Both the position numbers and the translations under genes were made by a program. DNA of 64,000 nt from the human T2T-CHM13v2.0 reference genome, Homo sapiens. Positions 25,559 to 39,724 of the stretch are shown one piece after another. The notes beneath the pieces are model-generated. The model saw only the letters and a list, made by a program, of their open reading frames with translations, was not told the DNA's origin and searched no databases. Position 1 is the first letter of the stretch. Each line of letters begins with the position of its first letter. The DNA is taken from assembly GCF_009914755.1 (NCBI RefSeq), contig NC_060948.1. The stretch is one strand, 5' to 3'.

Positions 25559-28500
25559 GGCCTGGAATAAAGTGGAATGCTACGGTCTCGAATGGAATAA
25601 AAATGTATGGAATGGAATGCAATGAAACGGAATCGAATGTCATAGAATGTAATGGAATGCAAAAAAATGGAATCCAAAATCATTGACTGGAAAGGCTGGG
25701 TGTCGAAAGGAATTGACTCCAATGGAATGGAATCGAATGGAATGGAAGTGAATAGAATCGAACTAAATCGAATGGAATGGAATTGATAGGAACGGAATGG
25801 AAAGGAATGCAATGATTTGGCATGGAATGGAATCGAATGGCATCGAATGGAATGGAATGGAATGCAATGGAATGGAATGTATTAGAATGTAATGAACTTT
25901 AATGGAATGTACTCGAATGGATTCGACTGGAATGGAATGTTCTGGAAGTGAATGGACTCCAATGGAATGGATTCAAAAGGAATGGAATCGTACGGAATGG
26001 AATCTAATGGAATGGAATTAAATGGAAATGAATCAAATTGAATAGCACGGAATTGAATTGAATGGAATGGAATGCAATGGAATCTAATGAAACGGAAAGG
26101 AAAGGAATGGAATGGAATGGAATGGGCTGGAATGGAAAGGAATCGAAACGAATGGAATGGAATCGAACTGAAGAGACTGGAATGGAATGCACTGGAATGG
26201 AAGGGAGTGTAATGGAAGGTTGTCGAAAAAAATGGAATCGAATGGAATGGAATTGAATGGAACGGAATAGAGTCGAATGGAATTGAATGGAATGGAATGG
26301 ACTAGAGTGAAATGGAATCGAACCACAAGGAATGGACAGGAATAGAATGGTCTCGAATTGAATGGAATCGTATGGAATGGCATCAAACGGAATGGAATGG
26401 ACAGCCACGGAATGGAATGCACTCGAATGCAATGGAGTCGAAACTAATGGACTGGAATAGAATGGACTCGACTGGTACGGACTCCAATGGAATGGAATCG
26501 AATGAAATGGAGTCAAAAGGAATGGAATCGAATGGCAAGAAATCGAATGTAATGGAATCGCCAGGAATTGATGTGAACGGAACGGAATGGAATGGAATCC
26601 AAAGGAATGGAATAGAATGGAATGGAATCGAATGGAAAGGACTCGAATGGAAATCACTCGAATAGAATGCAATTTAATAAAATAGGATCAAATGTAATGG
26701 AATGGAATGGAAAGGAATCGAAACGAAAGGAATGGAGACAGATGGAATGGAATGGAACAGAGAGCAATGGTATAGAATGGAATGGAATGATCTGGAATGG
26801 AATTGAATGGAATGGAATAATATGAAATGGAATGGAATGGAATGGAATGGAATGCCCTTGAATTAAATGGACTGGAATGGAATGGACTCAAACAGAGTGG
26901 AATGGAAAGTGTGGAGATAGAATGGAATGAACTCCTTTGGAATGGTGTAGTATGCAATGCAATCGACTGGCAGGGAATCAAAAGGAATGTAATCGAATGG
27001 ATTGGACTGGAATGCAATGGACTCGAATAGATTGGAAACGGAATGCAAAGGAATGGAATGGAATAGTATGGAATGCAATGGAAGGGAATGGAGTGGAATA
27101 GACTAGAGTGGAATGGAATGGACTGGAAAGCAATGGACTGGAATGGAACTTTCTTGGATGGACTGGAATCAAACGGAATGGAATGCAGTGCAATCAAATG
27201 GCATGGAATAAAATAGAATGAAAGAGAATCAAATGGAATTGAATCGAATGGAATCGAATGGATTGGAAAGGAATAGAATGGAATGGAATGGAATTGACTC
27301 AAATGGAATGGACTAGAATGGAATGGATTCGAATGGAAGGCAAAGGAATGGAATCTATTGGAATGGACTGTAATGGAATGGAATGGAAGGGATTGGAATG
27401 GACTCGAATGGAATGGACTGCAATAGAAAGGATTCGAATGGAATGAAAAAGAATTGAATGGAATAGAACAGAATGGAATCAAATCGAATGAAATGGAATG
27501 GAATAGAAAGGAATGGAATGAAATGGAATGGAAAGGATTCGAATGGAATGCAATCGAATGGAATGGAATCGAACGGAATGGAATAAAATGGAAGAAAACT
27601 GGCAAGAAATGGAATCGAAATGAATGGAGTGTTATGGAACGGACTCAAAAGGAATTGAATGTAATAGAATGGAGTGGAGTGGACTCGAATATAATGGACT
27701 GGAATGGAATGAAATCACATGGAATGGGAACGAATGGAATGGAATGGAAAGGAATGGAATCGAATGGAAAGGAATCGAATGGAAGGGAATGAAATTGAAT
27801 CAACACGAATGGAAGGGAATAGAATAGACTGTAATGGAATGGACTCGAATAGAATGGACACGAATGCTCAAATTAAATGGACTCGAATGGAATGGAAACG
27901 AAAGGAATGTCATCGAATGGAATTGAATCGATTGGAATGAAATCGCATAGAATGGAGTGGAATCAAATGGAATTGAATCGAAAGGAAAGGAAGCGAATGG
28001 ACTGAAATGAAATGGAATGGAATTGAATGGAAAGTAATGCAATGGAATAGAATGGAACGAAATTTCACGGAATGGAATCAAACTGAATGGAATCAAATCA
28101 ATGGAATCAAATCAAATGGAATGGAAAGGAATTGAATGGAGTAGATGGGATTGGATGGGATTGGAATGAAATGTACTGGAAAGGACTCGAATTTCATGAA
28201 ACGGAATGGAATGAATTGGAACGGAATGGACTCGAATGGAATGGAATGTCATGGGATGGCATCAAATGGAATGGCATCAAATGGAATGGAATCGAATGCA
28301 ATGGAATGCTATGGAATGGAACGGAATGCATTGGAATGGAATGTCCTCTAATGGAATGGATTCGAGTGGAATGGAATTGAATATAATGGAGTCGAATGAA
28401 ATGGAATTGAAAGGAATGGGATCGAATACAATGGAATATACTGGAATGTAACGTAATGAACTCGAATGTAATTGACTGGAATGGAATGTACATGAATGGA

Positions 28501-29007
28501 ATGTAATCGAATGGAAAGTAATCCAATGGAATAGAATCTAATGCAATAAAATCGACTCAGATAGAGTAGAATGTAATGGAATGGAGTGCAGTGCAATGGA
28601 ATGGAATGGAATGGAATGCAATGGAATGGAATGGAATGGAATGGGATGGAATGGTATGGAATGGATAGTAATAGACTGGAGTGAAATGGACTGGAAAGGA
28701 ATGGACTCAAATTGAAAGGGCTCGAAAGGAATGGAGTCAAATGGAATGGTCTGGAATGGAATGAACACGAATGTAATGCAACCCAATAGAATGGAATCGA
28801 ATGGCATGGAATATAAAGAAATGGAATCGAAGAGAATGGAAACAAATGGAATGGAATTGAATGGAATGGAATTGAATGGAATGGGAACGAATGGAGTGAA
28901 ATTGTATGCAGTAGAAGAGAATAGAATGGAATGCAAGCGAAAGGAAAGGAATGGATTGGAATGGAATGGAATTCATTGGAATGGAAGGGAATGTAGTGTA
29001 ATGGACA
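25559..29007 (+). repeat. DYZ1 unit H8 (3,449 bp; internal 110-bp deletion)
   Basis: GGCC 25559 to 29008; the gaagggaaaagactgc-containing segment is absent at ~26500. Confidence 0.93.
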
Positions 29008-32000
29008 GGCCTGGAATAAAGTGGAATGCTACGGTCTCGAATGGAATAAAAATGTATGGAATGGAATGCAATGAAACGGAATCGAATGTCATAGAATGTA
29101 ATGGAATGCAAAAAAATGGAATCCAAAATCATTGACTGGAAAGGCTGGGTGTCGAAAGGAATTGACTCCAATGGAATGGAATCGAATGGAATGGAAGTGA
29201 ATAGAATCGAACTAAATCGAATGGAATGGAATTGATAGGAACGGAATGGAAAAGAATGCAATGATTTGGCATGGAATGGAATCGAATGGCATCGAATGGA
29301 ATGGAATGGAATGCAATGGAATGGAATGTATTAGAATGGAATGAACTTTAATGGAATGTACTCGAATGGATTCGACTGGAATGGAATGTTCTGGAAGTGA
29401 ATGGACTCCAATGGAATGGATTCAAAAGGAATGGAATCGTACGGAATGGAATCTAATGGAATGGAATTAAATGGAAATGAATCAAATTGAATAGCACGGA
29501 ATTGAATTGAATGGAATCGAATGCAATGGAATCTAATGAAACGGAAAGGAAAGGAATGGAATGGAATGGAATGGGCTGGAATGGAAAGGAATCGAAACGA
29601 ATGGAATGGAATCGAAGTGAAGAGACTGGAATGGAATGCACTGGAATGGAAGGGAGTGTAATGGAAGGTTCTCGAAAAAAATGGAATCGAATGGAATGGA
29701 ATTGAATGGAACGGAATAGAGTCGAATGGAATTGAATGGAATGGAATGGACTAGAGTGAAATGGAATCGAACCACAAGGAATGGACAGGAATAGAATGGT
29801 CTCGAATTGAATGGAATCGTATGGAATGGCATCAAACGGAATGGAATGGACAGCAACGGAATGGAATGCACTCGAATGCAATGGAGTCGAAACAAATGGA
29901 CTGGAATAGAATGGACTCGACTGGTACGGACTCCAATGGAATGGAATCGAATGGAAGGGAATCGAACGGAAGGGAATCGAACGGAATGGACTCGAAGGGA
30001 AAAGACTGCAATGGAAAGGTCTCGAATGGAATGGAAATTAATGGAATGGAATGGAATCGAATGAAATGGAGTCAAAAGGAATGGAATCGAATGGCAAGAA
30101 ATCGAATGTAATGGAATCGCCAGGAATTGATGTGAACGGAACGGAATGGAATGGAATCCAAAGGAATGGAATAGAATGGAATGGAATCGAATGGAAAGGA
30201 CTCGAATGGAAATCACTCGAATAGAATGCAATTTAATAAAATAGGATCAAATGTAATGGAATGGAATGGAAAGGAATCGAAACGAAAGGAATGGAGACAG
30301 ATGGAATGGAATGGAACAGAGAGCAATGGTATAGAATGGAATGGAATCATCTGGAATGGAATTGAATGGAATGGAATAATATGAAATGGAATGGAATGGA
30401 ATGGAATGGAATGCCCTTGAATTAAATGGACTGGAATGGAATGGACTCAAACAGAGTGGAATGGAAAGTGTGGAGATAGAATGGAATGAACTCCTTTGGA
30501 ATGGTGTAGTATGCAATGCAATCGACTGGCAGGGAATCAAAAGGAATGTAATCGAATGGATTGGACTGGAATGCAATGGACTCGAATAGATTGTAAACGG
30601 AATGCAAAGGAATGGAATGGAATAGTATGGAATGCAATGGAAGGGAATGGAGTGGAATAGACTAGAGTGGAATGGAATGGACTGGAAAGCACTGGACTGG
30701 AATGGAACTTTCTTGGATGGACTGGAATCAAACGGAATGGAATGCAATGCAATCAAATGGCATGGAATAAAATAGAATGAAAGAGAATCAAATGGAATTG
30801 AATCGAATGGAATCGAATGGATTGGAAAGGAATAGAATGGAATGGAATGGAATTGACTCAAATGGAATGGACTAGAATGGAATGGATTCGAATGGAAGGC
30901 AAAGGAATGGAATCTATTGGAATGGACTGTAATGGAATGGAATGGAAGGGATTGGAATGGACTCGAATTTAATGGACTGCAATAGAAAGGATTCGAATGG
31001 AATGAAAAAGAATTGAATGGAATAGAACAGAATGGAATCAAATCGAATGAAATGGAATGGAATAGAAAGGAATGGAATGAAATGGAATGGAAAGGATTCG
31101 AATGGAATGCAATCGAATGGAATGGAATCGAACGGAATGGAATAAAATGGAAGAAAACTGGCAAGAAATGGAATCGAAATGAATGGAGTGTTATGGAACG
31201 GACTCAAAAGGAATTGAATGTAATAGAATGGAGTGGAGTGGACTCGAATATAATGGACTGGAATGGAATGAAATCACATGGAATGGGAACGAATGGAATG
31301 GAATGGAAAGGAATGGAATCGAATGGAAAGGAATCGAATGGAAGGGAATGAAATTGAATCAACACGAATGGAAGGGAATAGAATAGACTGTAATGGAATG
31401 GACTCGAATAGAATGGACACGAATGCTCAAATTAAATGGACTCGAATGGAATGGAAACGAAAGGAATGTCATCGAATGGAATTGAATCGATTGGAATGAA
31501 ATCGCATAGAATGGAGTGGAATCAAATGGAATTGAATCGAAAGGAAAGGAAGCGAATGGACTGAAATGAAATGGAATGGAATTGAATGGAAAGTAATGCA
31601 ATGGAATAGAATGGAACGAAATTTCACGGAATGGAATCAAACTGAATGGAATCAAATCAATGGAATCAAATCAAATGGAATGGAAAGGAATTGAATGGAG
31701 TAGATGGGATTGGATGGGATTGGAATGAAATGTACTGGAAAGGACTCGAATTTCATGAAACGGAATGGAATGAATTGGAACGGAATGGACTCGAATGGAA
31801 TGGAATGTCATGGGATGGCATCAAATGGAATGGCATCAAATGGAATGGAATCGAATGCAATGGAATGCTATGGAATGGAATGGAATGCATTGGAATGGAA
31901 TGTCCTCTAATGGAATGGATTCGAGTGGAATGGAATTGAATATAATGGAGTCGAATGAAATGGAATTGAAAGGAATGGGATCGAATACAATGGAATATAC

Positions 32001-32566
32001 TGGAATGTAACGTAATGAACTCGAATGTAATTGACTGGAATGGAATGTACATGAATGGAATGTAATCGAATGGAAAGTAATCCAATGGAATAGAATCTAA
32101 TGCAATAAAATCGACTCAGATAGAGTAGAATGTAATGGAATGGAGTGCAGTGCAATGGAATGGAATGGAATGGAATGCAATGGAATGGAATGGAATGGAA
32201 TGGAATGGAATGGTATGGAATGGATAGTAATAGACTGGAGTGAAATGGACTGGAAAGGAATGGACTCAAATTGAAAGGGCTCGAAAGGAATGGAGTCAAA
32301 TGGAATGGTCTGGAATGGAATGAACACGAATGTAATGCAACCCAATAGAATGGAATCGAATGGCATGGAATATAAAGAAATGGAATCGAAGAGAATGGAA
32401 ACAAAGGGAATGGAATTGAATGGAATGGAATTGAATGGAATGGGAACGAATGGAGTGAAATTGTATGCAGTAGAAGAGAATAGAATGGAATGCAAGCGAA
32501 AGGAAAGGAATGGATTGGAATGGAATGGAATTCATTGGAATGGAAGGGAATGTAGTGTAATGGACA
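29008..32566 (+). repeat. DYZ1 unit H9 (3,559 bp)
   Basis: GGCC 29008 to 32567. Confidence 0.93.
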
Positions 32567-35500
32567 GGCCTGGAATAAAGTGGAATGCTACGGTCTCGAA
32601 TGGAATAAAAATGTATGGAATGGAATGCAATGAAACGGAATCGAATGTCATAGAATGTAATGGAATGCAAAAAAATGGAATCCAAAATCATTGACTGGAA
32701 AGGCTGGGTGTCGAAAGGAATTGACTCCAATGGAATGGAATCGAATGGAATGGAAGTGAATAGAATCGAACTAAATCGAATGGAATGGAATTGATAGGAA
32801 CGGAATGGAAAGGAATGCAATGATTTGGCATGGAATGGAATCGAATGGCATCGAATGGAATGGAATGGAATGCAATGGAATGGAATGTATTAGAATGTAA
32901 TGAACTTTAATGGAATGTACTCGAATGGATTCGACTGGAATGGAATGTTCTGGAAGTGAATGGACTCCAATGGAATGGATTCAAAAGGAATGGAATCGTA
33001 CGGAATGGAATCTAATGGAATGGAATTAAATGGAAATGAATCAAATTGAATAGCACGGAATTGAATTGAATGGAATGGAATGCAATGGAATCTAATGAAA
33101 CGGAAAGGAAAGGAATGGAATGGAATGGAATGGGCTGGAATGGAAAGGAATCGAAACGAATGGAATGGAATCGAACTGAAGAGACTGGAATGGAATGCAC
33201 TGGAATGGAAGGGAGTGTAATGGAAGGTTCTCGAAAAAAATGGAATCGAATGGAATGGAATTGAATGGAACGGAATAGAGTCGAATGGAATTGAATGGAA
33301 TGGAATGGACTAGAGTGAAATGGAATCGAACCACAAGGAATGGACAGGAATAGAATGGTCTCGAATTGAATGGAATCGTATGGAATGGCATCAAACGGAA
33401 TGGAATGGACAGCCACGGAATGGAATGCACTCGAATGCAATGGAGTCGAAACTAATGGACTGGAATAGAATGGACTCGACTGGTACGGACTCCAATGGAA
33501 TGGAATCGAATGGAAGGGAATCGAACGGAAGGGAATCGAACGGAATGGACTCGAAGGGAAAAGACTGCAATGGAAAGGTCTCGAATGGAATGGAAATTAA
33601 TGGAATGGAATGGAATCGAATGAAATGGAGTCAAAAGGAATGGAATCGAATGGCAAGAAATCGAATGTAATGGAATCGCCAGGAATTGATGTGAACGGAA
33701 CGGAATGGAATGGAATCCAAAGGAATGGAATAGAATGGAATGGAATCGAATGGAAAGGACTCGAATGGAAATCACTCGAATAGAATGCAATTTAATAAAA
33801 TAGGATCAAATGTAATGGAATGGAATGGAAAGGAATCGAAACGAAAGGAATGGAGACAGATGGAATGGAATGGAACAGAGAGCAATGGTATAGAATGGAA
33901 TGGAATCATCTGGAATGGAATTGAATGGAATGGAATAATATGAAATGGAATGGAATGGAATGGAATGGAATGCCCTTGAATTAAATGGACTGGAATGGAA
34001 TGGACTCAAACAGAGTGGAATGGAAAGTGTGGAGATAGAATGGAATGAACTCCTTTGGAATGGTGTAGTATGCAATGCAATCGACTGGCAGGGAATCAAA
34101 AGGAATGTAATCGAATGGATTGGACTGGAATGCAATGGACTCGAATAGATTGGAAACGGAATGCAAAGGAATGGAATGGAATAGTATGGAATGCAATGGA
34201 AGGGAATGGAGTGGAATAGACTAGAGTGGAATGGAATGGACTGGAAAGCAATGGACTGGAATGGAACATTCTTGGATGGACTGGAATCAAACGGAATGGA
34301 ATGCAGTGCAATCAAATGGCATGGAATAAAATAGAATGAAAGAGAATCAAATGGAATTGAATCGAATGGAATCGAATGGATTGGAAAGGAATAGAATGGA
34401 ATGGAATGGAATTGACTCAAATGGAATGGACTAGAATGGAATGGATTCGAATGGAAGGCAAAGGAATGGAATCTATTGGAATGGACTGTAATGGAATGGA
34501 ATGGAAGGGATTGGAATGGACTCGAATGGAATGGACTGCAATAGAAAGGATTCGAATGGAATGAAAAAGAATTGAATGGAATAGAACAGAATGGAATCAA
34601 ATCGAATTAAATGGAATGGAATAGAAAGGAATGGAATGAAATGGAATGGAAAGGATTCGAATGGAATGCAATCGAATGGAATGGAATCGAACGGAATGGA
34701 ATAAAATGGAAGAAAACTGGCAAGAAATGGAATCGAAATGAATGGAGTGTTATGGAACGGACTCAAAAGGAATTGAATGTAATAGAATGGAGTGGAGTGG
34801 ACTCGAATATAATGGACTGGAATGGAATGAAATCACATGGAATGGGAACGAATGGAATGGAATGGAAAGGAATGGAATCGAATGGAAAGGAATCGAATGG
34901 AAGGGAATGAAATTGAATCAACACGAATGGAAGGGAATAGAATAGACTGTAATGGAATGGACTCGAATAGAATGGACACGAATGCTCAAATTAAATGGAC
35001 TCGAATGGAATGGAAACGAAAGGAATGTCATCGAATGGAATTGAATCGATTGGAATGAAATAGCATAGAATGGAGTGGAATCAAATGGAATTGAATCGAA
35101 AGGAAAGGAAGCGAATGGACTGAAATGAAATGGAATGGAATTGAATGGAAAGTAATGCAATGGAATAGAATGGAACGAAATTTCACGGAATGGAATCAAA
35201 CTGAATGGAATCAAATCAATGGAATCAAATCAAATGGAATGGAAAGGAATTGAATGGAGTAGATGGGATTGGATGGGATTGGAATGAAATGTACTGGAAA
35301 GGACTCGAATTTCATGAAACGGAATGGAATGAATTGGAACGGAATGGACTCGAATGGAATGGAATGTCATGGGATGGCATCAAATGGAATGACATCAAAT
35401 GGAATGGAATCGAATGCAATGGAATGCTATGGAATGGAATGGAATGCATTGGAATGGAATGTCCTCTAATGGAATGGATTCGAGTGGAATGGAATTGAAT

Positions 35501-36150
35501 ATAATGGAGTCGAATGAAATGGAATTGAAAGGAATGGGATCGAATACAATGGAATACACTGGAATGTAACGTAATGAACTCGAATGTAATTGACTGGAAT
35601 GGAATGTACATGAATGGAATGTAATCGAATGGAAAGTAATCCAATGGAATAGAATCTAATGCAATAAAATCGACTCAGATAGAGTAGAATGTAATGGAAT
35701 GGAGTGCAGTGCAATGGAATGGAATGGAATGGAATGCAATGGAATGGAATGGAATGGAATGGAATGGAATGGAATGGAATGGAATGGGATGGAATGGTAT
35801 GGAATGGATAGTAATGGACTGGAGTGAAATGGACTGGAAAGGAATGGACTCAAATTGAAAGGGCTCGAAAGGAATGGAGTCAAATGGAATGGTCTGGAAT
35901 GGAATGAACACGAATGTAATGCAACCCAATAGAATGGAATCGAATGGCATGGAATATAAAGAAATGGAATCGAAGAGAATGGAAACAAATGGAATGGAAT
36001 TGAATGGAATGGAATTGAATGGAATGGGAACGAATGGAGTGAAATTGTATGCAGTAGAAGAGAATAGAATGGAATGCAAGCGAAAGGAAAGGAATGGATT
36101 GGAATGGAATGGAATTCATTGGAATGGAAGGGAATGTAGTGTAATGGACA
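32567..36150 (+). repeat. DYZ1 unit H10 (3,584 bp)
   Basis: GGCC 32567 to 36151. Confidence 0.93.
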
Positions 36151-39100
36151 GGCCTGGAATAAAGTGGAATGCTACGGTCTCGAATGGAATAAAAATGTAT
36201 TGAATGGAATGCAATGAAACGGAATCGAATGTCATAGAATGTAATGGAATGCAAAAAAATGGAATCCAAAATCATTGACTGGAAAGGCTGGGTGTCGAAA
36301 GGAATTGACTCCAATGGAATGGAATCGAATGGAATGGAAGTGAATAGAATCGAACTAAATCGAATGGAATGGAATTGATAGGAACGGAATGGAAAGGAAT
36401 GCAATGATTTGGCATGGAATGGAATCGAATGGCATCGAATGGAATGGAATGGAATGCAATGGAATGGAATGTATTAGAATGTAATGAACTTTAATGGAAT
36501 GTACTCGAATGGATTCGACTGGAATGGAATGTTCTGGAAGTGAATGGACTCCAATGGAATGGATTCAAAAGGAATGGAATCGTACGGAATGGAATCTAAT
36601 GGAATGGAATTAAATGGAAATGAATCAAATTGAATAGCACGGAATTGAATTGAATGGAATCGAATGCAATGGAATCTAATGAAACGGAAAGGAAAGGAAT
36701 GGAATGGAATGGAATGGGCTGGAATGGAAAGGAATCGAAACGAATGGAATGGAATCGAACTGAAGAGACTGGAATGGAATGCACTGGAATGGAAGGGAGT
36801 GTAATGGAAGGTTCTCGAAAAAAATGGAATCGAATGGAATGGAATTGAATGGAACGGAATAGAGTCGAATGGAATTGAATGGAATGGAATGGACTAGAGT
36901 GAAATGGAATCGAACCACAAGGAATGGACAGGAATAGAATGGTCTCGAATTGAATGGAATCGTATGGAATGGCATCAAACGGAATGGAATGGACAGCCAC
37001 GGAATGGAATGCACTCGAATGCAATGGAGTCGAAACTAATGGACTGGAATAGAATGGACTCGACTGGTACGGACTCCAATGGAATGGAATCGAATGGAAG
37101 GGAATCGAACGGAATGGAATCGAACGGAATGGACTCGAAGGGAAAAGACTGCAATGGAAAGGTCTCGAATGGAATGGAAATTAATGGAATGGAATGGAAT
37201 CGAATGAAATGGAGTCAAAAGGAATGGAATCGAATGGCAAGAAATCGAATGTAATGGAATCGCCAGGAATTGATGTGAACGGAACGGAATGGAATGGAAT
37301 CCAAAGGAATGGAATAGAATGGAATGGAATCGAATGGAAAGGACTCGAATGGAAATCACTCGAATAGAATGCAATTTAATAAAATAGGATCAAATGTAAT
37401 GGAATGGAATGGAAAGGAATCGAAACGAAAGGAATGGAGACAGATGGAATGGAATGGAACAGAGAGCAATGGTATAGAATGGAATGGAATCATCTGGAAT
37501 GGAATTGAATGGAATGGAATAATATGAAATGGAATGGAATGGAATGGAATGGAATGCCCTTGAATTAAATGGACTGGAATGGAATGGACTCAAACAGAGT
37601 GGAATGGAAAGTGTGGAGATAGAATGGAATGAACTCCTTTGGAATGGTGTAGTATGCAATGCAATCGACTGGCAGGGAATCAAAAGGAATGTAATCGAAT
37701 GGATTGGACTGGAATGCAATGGACTCGAATAGATTGGAAACGGAATGCAAAGGAATGGAATGGAATAGTATGGAATGCAATGGAAGGGAATGGAGTGGAA
37801 TAGACTAGAGTGGAATGGAATGGACTGGAAAGCAATGGACTGGAATGGAACTTTCTTGGATGGACTGGAATCAAACGGAATGGAATGCAATGCAATCAAA
37901 TGGCATGGAATAAAATAGAATGAAAGAGAATCAAATGGAATTGAATCGAATGGAATCGAATGGATTGGAAAGGAATAGAATGGAATGGAATGGAATTGAC
38001 TCAAATGGAATGGACTAGAATGGAATGGATTCGAACGGAAAGCAAAGGAATGGAATCTATTGGAATGGACTGTAATGGAATGGAATGGAAGGGATTGGAA
38101 TGGACTCGAATGGAATGGACTGCAATAGAAAGGATTCGAATGGAATGAAAAAGAATTGAATGGAATAGAACAGAATGGAATCAAATCGAATGAAATGGAA
38201 TGGAATAGAAAGGAATGGAATGAAATGGAATGGAAAGGATTCGAATGGAATGCAATCGAATGGAATGGAATCGAACGGAATGGAATAAAATGGAAGAAAA
38301 CTGGCAAGAAATGGAATCGAAATGAATGGAGTGTTATGGAACGGACTCAAAAGGAATTGAATGTAATAGAATGGAGTGGAGTGGACTCGAATATAATGGA
38401 CTGGAATGGAATGAAATCACATGGAATGGGAACGAATGGAATGGAATGGAAAGGAATGGAAACGAATGGAAAGGAATCGAATGGAAGGGAATGAAATTGA
38501 ATCAACACGAATGGAAGGGAATAGAATAGACTGTAATGGAATGGACTCGAATAGAATGGACACGAATGCTCAAATTAAATGGACTCGAATGGAATGGAAA
38601 CGAAAGGAATGTCATCGAATGGAATTGAATCGATTGGAATGAAATCGCATAGAATGGAGTGGAATCAAATGGAATTGAATCGAAAGGAAAGGAAGCGAAT
38701 GGACTGAAATGAAATGGAATGGAATTGAATGGAAAGTAATGCAATGGAATAGAATGGAACGAAATTTCACGGAATGGAATCAAACTGAATGGAATCAAAT
38801 CAATGGAATCAAATCAAATGGAATGGAAAGGAATTGAATGGAGTAGATGGGATTGGATGGGATTGGAATGAAATGTACTGGAAAGGACTCGAATTTCATG
38901 AAACGGAATGGAATGAATTGGAACGGAATGGACTCGAATGGAATGGAATGTCATGGGATGGCATCAAATGGAATGACATCAAATGGAATGGAATCGAATG
39001 CAATGGAATGCTATGGAATGGAATGGAATGCATTGGAATGGAATGTCCGCTAATGGAATGGATTCGAGTGGAATGGAATTGAATATAATGGAGTCGAATG

Positions 39101-39724
39101 AAATGGAATTGAAAGGAATGGGATCGAATACAATGGAATATACTGGAATGTAACGTAATGAACTCGAATGTAATTGACTGGAATGGAATGTACATGAATG
39201 GAATGTAATCGAATGGAAAGTAATCCAATGGAATAGAATCTAATGCAATAAAATCGACTCAGATAGAGTAGAATGTAATGGAATGGAGTGCAGTGCAATG
39301 GAATGGAATGGAATGCAATGGAATGGAATGGAATGGAATGGAATGGAATGGAATGGAATGGGATGGAATGGTATGGAATGGATAGTAATGGACTGGAGTG
39401 AAATGGACTGGAAAGGAATGGACTCAAATTGAAAGGGCTCGAAAGGAATGGAGTCAAATGGAATGGTCTGGAATGGAATGAACACGAATGTAATGCAACC
39501 CAATAGAATGGAATCGAATGGCATGGAATATAAAGAAATGGAATCGAAGAGAATGGAAACAAATGGAATGGAATTGAATGGAATGGAATTGAATGGAATG
39601 GGAACGAATGGAGTGAAATTGTATGCAGTAGAAGAGAATAGAATGGAATGCAAGCGAAAGGAAAGGAATGGATTGGAATGGAATGGAATTCATTGGAATG
39701 GAAGGGAATGTAGTGTAATGGACA
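36151..39724 (+). repeat. DYZ1 unit H11 (3,574 bp)
   Basis: GGCC 36151 to 39725. Confidence 0.93.

Noticed and set aside
29533-30231. Longer fused ORFs (232 aa here and at 47418, 54506, 58090; 222 aa at 26004)
   Set aside because: Created by a single substitution (aaactaa>aaacaaa) or by the 110-bp deletion removing a stop; still low-complexity FHSIP sequence.
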